From a bacterium (GTDB taxonomy: Bacteria > UBA8248 > JACPRG01 > G963555815), in the NCBI GenBank assembly GCA_963555815.3, contig CAUVWX020000001.1, forward strand, positions 896,001-960,000: a stretch of 64,000 nt of DNA. Direction: 5' to 3'. The notes under the pieces are model-generated. The model saw only the letters and a program-made list of their open reading frames with translations, was not told the origin of the DNA and searched no databases. This document shows positions 9,874-19,769 of this stretch, one piece after another (the first letter of the stretch is position 1; each line of letters opens with the position of its first letter). The position numbers and the translations under genes are program-made.

Positions 9874-11052
9874 TTGATCGAGATTGATGGGGGTCAAGGC
9901 GAAGGCGGGGGTCAGATCCTGCGGACGGCCCTCTGCCTCTCTGCGCTCATGGGGGAGTCCGTGTGGATCTTCAACGTCCGCAAGGGCCGAAAGCGACCCG
10001 GCCTTCGAGCCCAGCACCTGGCCGCGGTCCGAGCGGTGGCGGCCATTAGCGATGGGCGACTCGAGGGGGCGGAGCTCGGCTCAACAGAAGTGGGCTTTCA
10101 GCCTCAACGGATTCGAGGAGGCCGCTACCGATTCGATGTCGCAGAGGAGCAGACGAGCGCCGGGGCTACGGGCCTCATCTTTCAGTGTATCGCCCCTCTT
10201 CTCCTCTTCGCCGATTCCCCGTCCTCCGTCTCTATTCGCGGAGGAACCCACACGGCCTGGAGCCCGCCCTTTCACTACCTCAGCGAGGTCTTCTGGCCCA
10301 TGGTGTCGGAGTTCGGGGCTCAGGGAAAGCTCTCGCTGGAGCAGTGGGGGTGGTATCCCCGGGGGGGCGGAAAGGCGGCGATCTGGGTTGAGCCCGTTGA
10401 ACGTCTAAAGGCTGTCCAGTGGGCTGAGCGGGGTGCGCTCCTTGAACTCAAGGGATTTTCGGCCGTCTCCAACCTTTCCCCCTCCATCGCGAAGCGCCAG
10501 CGCCACCGTTCTCTCACGCGCCTTCGGGGCGCCCTCACATCCCTTCAGGTGGAGGCAAAGGCCCAGGCCCTTGCGAGATCCGGCTCAGGGTTTGGCGGGA
10601 CGGTCTCGACGCTCTCCGAAGAGGGGCCTCGAAATGGGCAGGAAGGCCATTTCGACGGGGAACCTGAGATCCAGGTCCTCTTCCCGCCGGCAAATGGTCC
10701 CGGCACATGCCTATTCCTCCTCGCCGGCTACGAGCGGTCGGTGGCCGGCTTTTGTGCCATTGGGGAACGGGGGAAGACGGCCGAGCAGGTGGCCGACGAG
10801 GCCACCAGTGCCTTCCTGGCGCACCATAGGACAGGAGCGGCCCTGGACCCCTATCTCGCTGACCAGGTCGTCCTTTACGCCGCCCTTGCCGAGGGAGAGA
10901 CGATCTTCAAGACCTCTCGGATCACGCCTCATCTTCTGACGCAGATCTGGATCACCGAGAAAATTCTCCCGGTCGAGTTCGTCATCAAGGGCAAGGAAGG
11001 GAAGCCCGGCACCATCGGTGTGCGGGGGATCAAATATCAAAGGTCCTTTTGA
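9874..11052 (+). CDS. rtcA: RNA 3'-terminal phosphate cyclase
   Basis: IEIDGGQGEGGGQILRTAL, RPGLRAQHL, GGTH, GWYPRGGG, YLADQ, PHLLT; probable TTG start at 9874 after GAGAGGA. Confidence 0.92.
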   Translation: MIEIDGGQGEGGGQILRTALCLSALMGESVWIFNVRKGRKRPGLRAQHLAAVRAVAAISDGRLEGAELGSTEVGFQPQRIRGGRYRFDVAEEQTSAGATGLIFQCIAPLLLFADSPSSVSIRGGTHTAWSPPFHYLSEVFWPMVSEFGAQGKLSLEQWGWYPRGGGKAAIWVEPVERLKAVQWAERGALLELKGFSAVSNLSPSIAKRQRHRSLTRLRGALTSLQVEAKAQALARSGSGFGGTVSTLSEEGPRNGQEGHFDGEPEIQVLFPPANGPGTCLFLLAGYERSVAGFCAIGERGKTAEQVADEATSAFLAHHRTGAALDPYLADQVVLYAALAEGETIFKTSRITPHLLTQIWITEKILPVEFVIKGKEGKPGTIGVRGIKYQRSF

Positions 11053-11080
11053 CAGGGCTGAGGTCACCGTTCCCTAGATC

Positions 11081-11707
11081 TTAACGGTCCGCGTACCTTT
11101 GCACGAACTCCGCTCGCCCCCTCACCAACTCCCTCCAAAGTGTGAAGCTCTCTGGGTCATAGGGATCCGTCAAAGGGAAAGGGTGATAGGCCTTCTCGGC
11201 ATACTCGCCGATGGTCCCGAAGGCGACCCAGATGAAGTAATAGGCCTCCTCTCTTTGGACCTGCTCAGCCGGGTCGAAGACCAGGCCTTGGGAGGGGTCC
11301 GCGTCCACCTCGAGGCTGGAGCGCCTGCGCTCGGCCAGTTCCTCCCGCCCCCGCAGGTGGACCAGAAGAGAGAGGGGGTCAAGGGAATGCCGCCACTCCT
11401 GGCCGCGCTCGACCCTTGGGTCTTCCAGGGACGTTGTTCGGACCGTCCGAAGCTCCGTCAGGATGCCATCGATTTCGGAGAGTGCGGCCTCCAGATCCTG
11501 GCGGTTTCGCAGGAGGAGGAAGGGGCGGCGAAGCCGGCTCAACTTGGACACCTCCTCAATGGCTGACAGGGCCAGAAAGACCGCCCGAGGAAAAGAACCT
11601 TTCTCAAAAAGAAAGACGGCGTCGTCGAGGAGATCTCTCGCGTTGCGAATGAGCCTTCGGTGTAGCTCCCGAATGAACGTCGCGCTTTCCGCAGGGAGGG
11701 TGTCCAT
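11081..11707 (-). CDS. AbiV-like (HEPN-fold) protein
   Basis: NARDLLDDAVFLFEKGSFPRAVFLALSAIEEVSK N-terminal pattern and R...L(E)VD motif. Confidence 0.6.
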   Translation of the reverse strand: MDTLPAESATFIRELHRRLIRNARDLLDDAVFLFEKGSFPRAVFLALSAIEEVSKLSRLRRPFLLLRNRQDLEAALSEIDGILTELRTVRTTSLEDPRVERGQEWRHSLDPLSLLVHLRGREELAERRRSSLEVDADPSQGLVFDPAEQVQREEAYYFIWVAFGTIGEYAEKAYHPFPLTDPYDPESFTLWRELVRGRAEFVQRYADR

Positions 11708-11784
11708 GATGCCTCTCCTCAGAAGATGACTGAGGGGATGCTCTCATTGATCATGTCTGGTCCTTCATCAATCTTTCAAATCTA

Positions 11785-13051
11785 TTAGTTTCCCCAGATC
11801 CAACGGACCAGGACGAGGCTCAAATCGGGCCAGTAGGTAATGATGAGGAGGGCCACGAGAAGGAGGGCGAGAAAGGGGAGAGAAGCCCGGTAGACCTCTG
11901 TGATGGGTCGATTGAACCTGAAGCCCGCGATGAAGAGGTTTAACCCCACCGGAGGAGTCAAATAGCCGATCTCCAGGTTCGTGAGAAAGATGATCCCCAG
12001 GTGGACGGGATCGACGCCGAACTCGCGGGCGATGGGGGTGATGAGGGGGACGACGACGATGATGGCCGAGAAGATGTCCATGAGGGACCCCACCACCAGG
12101 AGAAAGAGGTTAAGGGCGAGGAGGAAGAGGACCCGGCTTGTCAGGGTTGACCTCATGACCTCCAGGATGCGCATGGGGACCTCCTGGTCGATGAGGTAAT
12201 TCGTGAGCCCGAGGGCCATCCCCAGGATGAGAAGAATCGCCCCGACCAGGATCATGCTCTCGCGCATGATGCGGGGGAGGTCGCGGCGAAAACTGAGGTC
12301 ACGGTAGATAAAGACTTCGACCAAAAGGAGATAGAAGGCGGAGACAGCTGCGGCCTCTGTAACGGTGAAGTAGCCACCGTAGATCCCGCCGAGGATGATG
12401 GGGGCGAGGGGGACTTTCCAGCCGGCCGCCCGAAGTGCCCGCGCGGCCTCCCGGATCGAAAAGGGCCTCCGCCTGAGAGCGGTGCCGGACCGAAGGCAGT
12501 AGGCCGAGAGGATGAAAAGGATAAGGGCCCCCGGCAGGATGCCCGCGATGAAAAGCTGGTTCACGTCGGTCTGCGCCACGAGGGCGTAGAGGATGAGGGG
12601 GAGGCTCGGCGGGAAGAGAAGCCCCAGGCTTCCCGAGGTCGTCAGGAGCCCCAGGGAAAAACGTTCGGAGTATGCCTCCTTGAGTAGGATGGGAAAGAGG
12701 AGCCCCCCGAGGGCCACGATGGTGATCCCTGAGGCGCCGGTAAAGGCCGTGAAGACGGCGGCGGTGCCCAGGCTCACCACGGCCACCCCCCCCTGGGAGC
12801 CAGCCGAGAAGCGCCCGGGAGAGGTCGAGGAGACGCCGGGGGGCCTGGCTCTCGGCCAGGAGGTAGCCGGCAAAGGTGAAGAGAGGGATGGCGAGGAGGG
12901 TCGGGAAACCCGCCATCCGGTAGAGCTCCACCATGACGGCCGCAGGGTCAATGGACAGCCCATGGAAACCGAGGAGAGCGGCGCCGCCGATGACGGTGAA
13001 AAGGGGGGCCCCGGCGAGGGCCAGGACCACTAGGACGAAGACCCCCATCAC
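11785..13051 (-). pseudogene. dctM: TRAP transporter large permease (DctM), split by a one-base frameshift at a G8 run (12786-12793)
   Basis: N-part (LLAIPLFTFAG..LLGWLPGG) and C-part (VAVVS..FTGASG..TPPVGLNLF) are in different frames; G7 would restore PGGVAVV. Confidence 0.85.
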
Positions 13052-13542
13052 TCGCCTCGCGGGCGCCGAAGCGCCAGGACTCCCTCTAGTGTTCTAAGGG
13101 AAAACCGAAAGGTGATGAGCAGAAGGCCAATGGGGAGGATGACCTGAAAGACCCAGGTCGGCACTCCGGCGAGGAGGATGCTCCCCGCCTCTCGCTCCAC
13201 CAGGACGAGCCGAAAGGCGGCTCGCGTGAGGAGGGCGGATACGACGGCTGCCCCTCCTCGGGCGATGACCTTCAGGACGGCCCGACCGCGGCCCGGCAGG
13301 AGGTTCGGCAGGATGTCGATTCGGATGTGGCGACCCTCCTGGGTGGCGAGAGAGGCGCCCAAAAAGGCCACCCAGAGAACCAGGTGTCTCAGTAGGATGT
13401 CGGCGTTCGGGAGGGAAGTCTGAAAGAAGTTTCGAAGGATCACCTGGAGGAAAGAGAGACTCACCATCGTCGCGAGGAAGAGCACCAGGGTAAACCCTTC
13501 CAGGCGGCCAAGCGCTTTTTCAAAGGCGAGGAGGTATCTCAC
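13048..13542 (-). CDS. dctQ: TRAP transporter small permease (DctQ)
   Basis: Four TM helices; LWVAFLGASLA..GRHIRIDIL. Confidence 0.88.
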   Translation of the reverse strand: MRYLLAFEKALGRLEGFTLVLFLATMVSLSFLQVILRNFFQTSLPNADILLRHLVLWVAFLGASLATQEGRHIRIDILPNLLPGRGRAVLKVIARGGAAVVSALLTRAAFRLVLVEREAGSILLAGVPTWVFQVILPIGLLLITFRFSLRTLEGVLALRRPRGE

Positions 13543-14573
13543 CGAGAAGGCCCGGGGGAGTTCGCCCGATACTCGGCCAGGGCGCCCAGGACTTCTTCCA
13601 GAAGGTCTCTGGGAAAGAGGTCTCCGGCCAGCCGGTCCCAGGTCGAACGTCCTACGTCCAGGAAGGCCTCCAGTTCCTCAGGGGGGGGCAGGGGCAGGAG
13701 CTCGATCCCCTCCTTTTGAATGACCGAGACCGCTCGATCGTTCTCTTCCCGGGTGAGGCGGATCAGGCGATCCAGATGATGTCTTGCCCGGCTCATCAGG
13801 AGCATTTGGGTCTCCTCAGAGAGCTCGTCGAAGACCTTCTTTGATATGAGGACAGCCCCGGTGGCGTTGGAGACAGGAAGGCTCGTCATGTAGTTCACGC
13901 GGGTGAACCACTGGAGGGCGATGGCAGCAAGGGAGGAGGTGTAGACGGTGTCGACGAGACCCGTCTGAAGGGAGGTCAAGACCTCGGGGACACCGAGGGG
14001 GATGGGGGCGAGGTCCAGGGCGTCAAAGTAAGCCTTCGCCAGGGGGTCTACCGCCCACATAAAGATCTTGCGGCCCGCCAGATCCTCCCGCCGTTGGATG
14101 GGGTGCTTGGAGAAGAAGTTGACGAATCCCACCTCCGCCCACCCGAGGAGGACAAACCCTTTCTTTTCCAGCCCACGCCTCAGGCGGGGCTCGATTCGGT
14201 CCCGGACAAAGTCCGCTTCCTCATAGCGCAGGAAGAGGAAGGGAAGCTCCAGAATTCTCACCTCGGGGAGGATCTCCCCCAGGCCCACGCCCGAGAACCC
14301 GGCGCTCTGGAGTTGCCCGATCCGGATCTTTCGGACTACGTCTTTCTCATCCCCCATGACTCCCCCTGGGAAGAAGCGAAAGTGCAGCTCCCCGCCGCTC
14401 TCCTCCTCGACCTCCTTTGCCAATTCCCGCATCACCTTCATCCAGGTGGTGCCCTCGGGGGCGAGGGTGGCAAATTTCACCTGGACTGGCTCATCCCTTT
14501 CGGCCAAGCCAGGAGCCGGCCCAAGGAAGAGGGCAAGGAGGGCTACCGAAAGAAATTGTAAGATCCTGGTCAT
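13539..14573 (-). CDS. dctP: TRAP substrate-binding protein (DctP/TatP type)
   Basis: KFATLAPEGTTW, FPGGVMGDEKDVVRKIRIGQL, LQTGLVD. Confidence 0.9.
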   Translation of the reverse strand: MTRILQFLSVALLALFLGPAPGLAERDEPVQVKFATLAPEGTTWMKVMRELAKEVEEESGGELHFRFFPGGVMGDEKDVVRKIRIGQLQSAGFSGVGLGEILPEVRILELPFLFLRYEEADFVRDRIEPRLRRGLEKKGFVLLGWAEVGFVNFFSKHPIQRREDLAGRKIFMWAVDPLAKAYFDALDLAPIPLGVPEVLTSLQTGLVDTVYTSSLAAIALQWFTRVNYMTSLPVSNATGAVLISKKVFDELSEETQMLLMSRARHHLDRLIRLTREENDRAVSVIQKEGIELLPLPPPEELEAFLDVGRSTWDRLAGDLFPRDLLEEVLGALAEYRANSPGPSR

Positions 14574-14667
14574 GGGACACCTCTCTCTACAATAGTTCCA
14601 ATGATACTCTCGACATTTCTCGGATGAAACCCATTATGCAGACTCCGCGTCGGGTGGAGCCCTTAAA

Positions 14668-15528
14668 TCAAGCGGCCGGCGGGGCCCCCTGTCCTTTCAT
14701 CACGCGGATTAGGTTGCCCTCCATGTCTCCGAAAATGAGGGCTTTTTTGACGAGGATACGGGAGGGGATGAAATCTTGTCGCATGTGAAACTGGATGTCG
14801 CCCACCGTCTGGCCAAAGAGGTCTTCTGGGACGTGAATCGAGACTACGGTCTGGGAGAGCCCTTTCTCCTGCGCTGGGTCAATCCGGACCAAGAAGTACT
14901 GAGGCTCTTCGGCCTTTTTCTCAAGCCACTGATCGGTGGGCAAGGACAGGATACGAAAATTTTGGCCCGGTCTGATAGATCCGTACGCCCCCCTGCGCAG
15001 ATTAAAGAAGGCGGAGATGAAGTCCTCATAGATGACGCCGGGCGGGATAGGTTGACTCTTCTCCTCGATCGATGTCTTGCCGCCGATCACCTCGGTCGTC
15101 TTCCATCGCATGACCCCAGATTCATAGTCCAGGACTGTCCTGCTGGTGATCTGATAGCTCCAGGTGTGGACCTCCTTGAAAAACTCCACCGGAATCAGCC
15201 TCCCGTCCGGAGAAAGCCGCATCAGGGAGCGGTATGTATCCTCGCGGGCGAGGCTCACCCAGCTGATGAACCCCTTGGTCTTGGCCTGTAGAACCCCCTC
15301 GTAGAGATCGCGTTTCGGGAGATACCTCAGGGCCATGGAGCCGTCCGCCGCTTTGCGGAAGATTAGGAAGCCGATGTTGTAAACGAGAGTCTCTTCCTCG
15401 GGCAAAGATGCGACGCTCGCCGTCTGGGCCGCGGCCGGGCCGGGCAGAAATGCGACGGCGAAGAGGAGAAGTCCCGCGAGGAAGCCGGCAATCCAGTTTC
15501 TATTCGCCCTTCTCATCTTTTGCTTCAA
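14668..15528 (-). CDS. Exported protein, DUF3108-like
   Basis: Signal peptide; EETLVYNIGFL..., D..SAFFNLR pattern; start uncertain. Confidence 0.55.
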   Translation of the reverse strand: MKQKMRRANRNWIAGFLAGLLLFAVAFLPGPAAAQTASVASLPEEETLVYNIGFLIFRKAADGSMALRYLPKRDLYEGVLQAKTKGFISWVSLAREDTYRSLMRLSPDGRLIPVEFFKEVHTWSYQITSRTVLDYESGVMRWKTTEVIGGKTSIEEKSQPIPPGVIYEDFISAFFNLRRGAYGSIRPGQNFRILSLPTDQWLEKKAEEPQYFLVRIDPAQEKGLSQTVVSIHVPEDLFGQTVGDIQFHMRQDFIPSRILVKKALIFGDMEGNLIRVMKGQGAPPAA

Positions 15529-15767
15529 ATGGGTCCGTTAGACGGTCAATAAGACCCTCATCAATTTAGACCGAGGGGGATGGAAAAGGGTTCACCCGAT
15601 ACGAATAAATCTTAGGCTCGAATTATCGCCGCATTGTGGCGCCGACGAAGGGCGTCGGGCCTGCCCGAAAAGCCTGACTGGGAGTCATACTAGGGACTGA
15701 CGCGACCCATCAGGGGGGGGAACAGACGCAGGTGGGGGCGAGGATTGTCCGCCGGGATTAGGAGGGC

Positions 15768-16667
15768 TTAGAAATGCTCATCCGCCCGGTCGAGGAGGCG
15801 TTCTGCTCGCTGGCGGGCGATGGTGTTCGCCAGGCGTTGTTCCGGGAGCAGCCCCACAGGGGCATCGAGGACGCGGCCGAGGAGACTCTCAAAGGCCTGC
15901 CGGTCCTGAGTCGGGACAGCGTGAAATTGAGCGTAGAGGACCCAGGCCACGAGAAATTTCCCATCGGCGAGCTCGACGGCCCGTTCAAAGTGGGACCGGG
16001 CCTTCTCCACGTCTCCGCCAAGGAGACGGGGTCTTCCTCCGAAGTAGGTCCCAAAGAAGAGGTGGGCCCCGCCATATTGGTAGGTCTCATCGAGTTCGAG
16101 GACCCGGCGCATGAGGGCCTCGACCCGCGGCAGGCTGGCCAGGGCTTCCGGGGAGTCCAGACCTAAATTCACCCAACTTGCCCAGTTGGAGGCTGTCCAG
16201 AAGAGGGCCGGGACGTCTTTCCGGTCCAGCCTCTCGAGGGATTGCTGGAGGGACTCCAGGTCCGCTCGGTCAACCTCGAGGCCCGTCTGCCTTGAAAGGA
16301 GTTCTAGGCCGTAATCCCTCCCCCGCCGATAGAGGTTTCTTGCCCGGGCGGGTTCCTCCTCCTCGACGAAGGCAAAGGCGTAACCCGCAAAGCCACGGGT
16401 GGCCATGAAGAGGAGTTTCTCGTTTTCCGGCTCCGCCCGAATAAGACCTTCCAGGAGTTTCAGGTTCGCCGCCGCCGCCGTCTCCGCAAGGACCGGGTCC
16501 TCCTCCTCGCTGAAGGCGATCCAGGCGTCGTCTAGGAGTGAGACCGTTGACCGGACGGCAATCTGCTTGAGGGTGCAGCCCGAGAGGAAGAGGAGGAAAA
16601 GCACTTTGGCCAGGCGGGACGTCAAGCCGCTGGCCGAATGCCCTCTCCTTTGATTTCTCCAGCGCAT
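15768..16667 (-). CDS. TRAP-associated TatT component (TPR lipoprotein)
   Basis: LSGC lipobox; LKLLEGL, YAFAFVE, GGDVEKARSHFERA; upstream of dctPQM. Confidence 0.85.
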   Translation of the reverse strand: MRWRNQRRGHSASGLTSRLAKVLFLLFLSGCTLKQIAVRSTVSLLDDAWIAFSEEEDPVLAETAAAANLKLLEGLIRAEPENEKLLFMATRGFAGYAFAFVEEEEPARARNLYRRGRDYGLELLSRQTGLEVDRADLESLQQSLERLDRKDVPALFWTASNWASWVNLGLDSPEALASLPRVEALMRRVLELDETYQYGGAHLFFGTYFGGRPRLLGGDVEKARSHFERAVELADGKFLVAWVLYAQFHAVPTQDRQAFESLLGRVLDAPVGLLPEQRLANTIARQRAERLLDRADEHF

Positions 16668-16711
16668 CGGTTCAAGTTCGCGACAGAAAGTAGTGTGCGG
16701 TGCGGCAAGGC

Positions 16712-17182
16712 CTAAGGTCTTACAAGGTGGTTCCCATTCCCCAAGAAGATGTCTGTCTGCCGGAGGATCTCGGCCGCCGTCGCCCGGTCCTTTTTGAAAA
16801 AGCCCGCCTTGGCGTTAACGCTCATCTTTGTGGCCCGAGAGCTGATGCGCTCGAACACGATCTCGATATTAAGCTTCTCCGTGATGGCCACCATCCGCGC
16901 CCCCTTCTCCGTGTTGATAGGGCCCGAGGATTTGAGATCCAAGGCAATAAGGGCCTCGCGAGCGGCCTCCTTTAAGCGGGGAAGGTCCACATTGAAGGTC
17001 TTGTGGGCGACGTTGTTGAGGGAGTGTTTCGCGCCGGCCGCGGTCCCCGCCGCGCCACCCGCTAGGATGAGACCGCAGCCCCCTATACCAAAGAGGCTTA
17101 CCAGAATTAGCGCCAGAAAGATTGCTGTCTGAGATTTCGGATAGGGGTACCTCCCCCAGCCGAAAGGAAATCTTCGGCTCAT
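16712..17182 (-). CDS. DUF3568-like lipoprotein
   Basis: GGC lipobox, GGAAGTAAG, C-terminal KDRATAAEILRQT. Confidence 0.6.
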   Translation of the reverse strand: MSRRFPFGWGRYPYPKSQTAIFLALILVSLFGIGGCGLILAGGAAGTAAGAKHSLNNVAHKTFNVDLPRLKEAAREALIALDLKSSGPINTEKGARMVAITEKLNIEIVFERISSRATKMSVNAKAGFFKKDRATAAEILRQTDIFLGNGNHLVRP

Positions 17183-17560
17183 TTCAACTCCTTTTGCGGC
17201 AGGGGAGACTCCCTTCTCACCGCTGTCGGGTCTGACCCAGCAACGGCGACCCCTCAGGGTTCCCTCTTAGATATCGGTAAAGCGGGTCCGGGGTCAAGGG
17301 CAATTTCGTGGTGGGGCATTTTGTCGAGGTCCTGGCGAGATCGGATTTTGCAGGATGTTTTCGGCGATGGACGGCCACTGTGAGCTTGACCTCGCCGGAA
17401 ATCATAGGGTCCCCAGACGGCCTGGACGCCTTCGCGGGAGGTAGTCAGAGAGGGGCCTGAGATGCGGGCGGAGCGCGAATCGAAGGCAAACCTCCCAGGT
17501 GGGCAATCTTTCAGACCTGGTGTATATTGTAAATTAGTGATTTTCCGGAAAGGGTGAGCC

Positions 17561-18682
17561 ATGTCCAGTACACCACAAGAAGTGCTTTCAGGGGATATCT
17601 TGCCGGCGCGCGAAGCCATTGCCATGATCGACGAGACCGATCTGGCTCCGCCCATTGAGGTCCCCGAAATTCCCCCAGAGACGCATTCCGTAAATATACC
17701 GGAAGAGGAAAGGCGCTGGCTCCATGCGGAGATAAAGCGTCTCAAGAAGGAACGGAACGCGTTGGTGCTGGCCCACAATTATATGCCGCCTGACGTCCAG
17801 GATGCGGCGGATATTGTCGGCGATACGCTCTCTCTGGCACAACGGGGCACAGCCTCTGATGCCGATGTCCTCGTTGAGACAGCAGTCCTTTTTATGAACC
17901 AGATTCTGGCCATTATGAAAAAACCGCATCAGAGGGTGTTGGCCCCGGATTTAGGCGCTCTTTGTTCGCTTGCGGCGCATGCCGATGTTGAAAAGATTCG
18001 CGCCTGGAAAGCTGATCACCCTGACGGAATTGTGGTCAGCTACGTGAACACCTACGTCGATGTAAAAGCCGAGAGCGATTACTGTTGCGCCTCGGCCAAT
18101 TCCGCGAAAGTGATTACATACGTGTTGGAAAATACCGCGTCTCACCAACCCATCCTTTTTCTGCCCGACGTCTATCTCGGCTTTTATGCGGCAAAACTTT
18201 TGGAGAGGGGAGGGCATTCACTCGACAGGCTGTGGCTAATGATGGGGGCCTGCCATGTCCACGATCGCATCCGTCCCTACCATGTCGACCAGCGGCTGAG
18301 AGAGAATCCAGGGGCCGCCGTTTTCATTCACCCGGAATGCGGATGTACCAGCGCCTGCATGCGTCAAATCAGCAGCGGGCTTGTGCCGGAAGACATGATG
18401 CAATTCCGTTCGACTCAGGGCATGGTTAAATTTGTGAACAAATCTCCTCAAAGAGTGGTAATCGTAGCGACTGAAGTAGGGAATATTTATCCGATGTCTA
18501 AAGCCGCCCCCGATAAAGTCCTGATTCCGGCAAGCAGCGAGGCGGTCTGTGCTTATATGAAACAGAACACCCTTCGCAATCTCCACCTTTCGCTACGGGA
18601 TCTGGTTCACGAAGTCACCGTTGAGCCGGAACTCGCGAGACGTGCTCGTATCCCAATTGAGCGCATGCTGCAAATCGTATAA
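17561..18682 (+). CDS. nadA: Quinolinate synthase A
   Basis: LAHNY, YVNT, FLPD, CHVH, HPEC, ATE, CAYMK; three cluster Cys present. Confidence 0.9.
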   Translation: MSSTPQEVLSGDILPAREAIAMIDETDLAPPIEVPEIPPETHSVNIPEEERRWLHAEIKRLKKERNALVLAHNYMPPDVQDAADIVGDTLSLAQRGTASDADVLVETAVLFMNQILAIMKKPHQRVLAPDLGALCSLAAHADVEKIRAWKADHPDGIVVSYVNTYVDVKAESDYCCASANSAKVITYVLENTASHQPILFLPDVYLGFYAAKLLERGGHSLDRLWLMMGACHVHDRIRPYHVDQRLRENPGAAVFIHPECGCTSACMRQISSGLVPEDMMQFRSTQGMVKFVNKSPQRVVIVATEVGNIYPMSKAAPDKVLIPASSEAVCAYMKQNTLRNLHLSLRDLVHEVTVEPELARRARIPIERMLQIV

Positions 18683-18830
18683 TGCACCCCTTCCTGCTCT
18701 GCGCTGTGGCGTAAGATGGGTTCTGTTGTGCCAAGAGACAGAGACGCTGATGTTTGTATGTTGCTACAAGCGAGCCTTTTAGCTCCTGCTGTGGAGTATC
18801 CCCTTTAAAGAGGGTTCTGAGGAGGCTGGC

Positions 18831-19667
18831 GTGAATAAAGTTCATATCCGGCAGGAGTTTCAGAGGTTCCTGCTGGAAGATTTGGGCTCCTTGGAAATAG
18901 ATGTGGGCACCAGTCCTCGCTATGCGAAGGCAAAAATTATTGCGGAGAGCGGTGGAGTATTCTGTGGCGGAGGGTTTGTCACCGAGGCGTTCGATTTGCT
19001 CACTCCACAAGGTGTCCATCCCTGCAGGGCCCTGAGTCTTGAAAAGGAGGGCTTTCAGTTTAAGGCCGGAGCAACCCTGGTTCGCTTCGATGTGAACAAC
19101 CAGGTTTTAGTCAACGGTGTACGCACAGTCTTAAATCTGCTGATCCACCTCACTGATATTGCGACCCACACGCGCAGCAAAGTCGAAGAGCTTAAGGGTC
19201 TTGACTGCAAACTCCTTGATACGAGGAAGACGACACCCGGGCTGCGCACCTTTGAAAAGTACGCAGTGCGCGTCGGTGGAGGTTACAATCACCGATTTGG
19301 GAGATTCGACGGCCTCATTATCAAAAAAGAGGATATTGCGATATCCGGCGGAATCAAGGCGGCCATCGATCGTGCCTTCAAGGACAAAATGCATTTGGTG
19401 GAAGTGGAGGTCGAGGTTGAAACCTTGGATCAAGTGAATGAAGTGTTGGAGGACGGACGACTAAGGCATCTGATGCTCGACAATATGGATATTAAGACGA
19501 TGCGGGAAGTCGTCAAGCGATGCGGCCAGACCCACATTCTTGAAGCCTCTGGCATCGGGGACCAGAACCTTCGGGAGGTCGCCGCCACCGGCGTTCATCA
19601 CATCTCTCTTAGCTCTCTGATTCGCTGTCCGAGACAGACAAAAATCAAAATGCAAATTGCAGGATGA
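18831..19667 (+). CDS. nadC: Quinolinate phosphoribosyltransferase, divergent
   Basis: DTRKTTPGLR..EKYAVRVGGG.NHR, EVEVE, MLDNM, EASG. Confidence 0.85.
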   Translation: MNKVHIRQEFQRFLLEDLGSLEIDVGTSPRYAKAKIIAESGGVFCGGGFVTEAFDLLTPQGVHPCRALSLEKEGFQFKAGATLVRFDVNNQVLVNGVRTVLNLLIHLTDIATHTRSKVEELKGLDCKLLDTRKTTPGLRTFEKYAVRVGGGYNHRFGRFDGLIIKKEDIAISGGIKAAIDRAFKDKMHLVEVEVEVETLDQVNEVLEDGRLRHLMLDNMDIKTMREVVKRCGQTHILEASGIGDQNLREVAATGVHHISLSSLIRCPRQTKIKMQIAG

Positions 19668-19769
19668 AAGAAAGACTGTCCAGTTATTCAACCCGCCAAC
19701 CCAGAAGAAGTCCCTACGGCCCCCCTGAGGGACTCGTCAGAGGCCGTTTTTTCTCTGAAGGAGCAGAGG

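Noticed and set aside
15529..15767. Possible ncRNA between tatT and the DUF3108-like gene
   Set aside because: Only short GC hairpins; no recognisable RNA family motif
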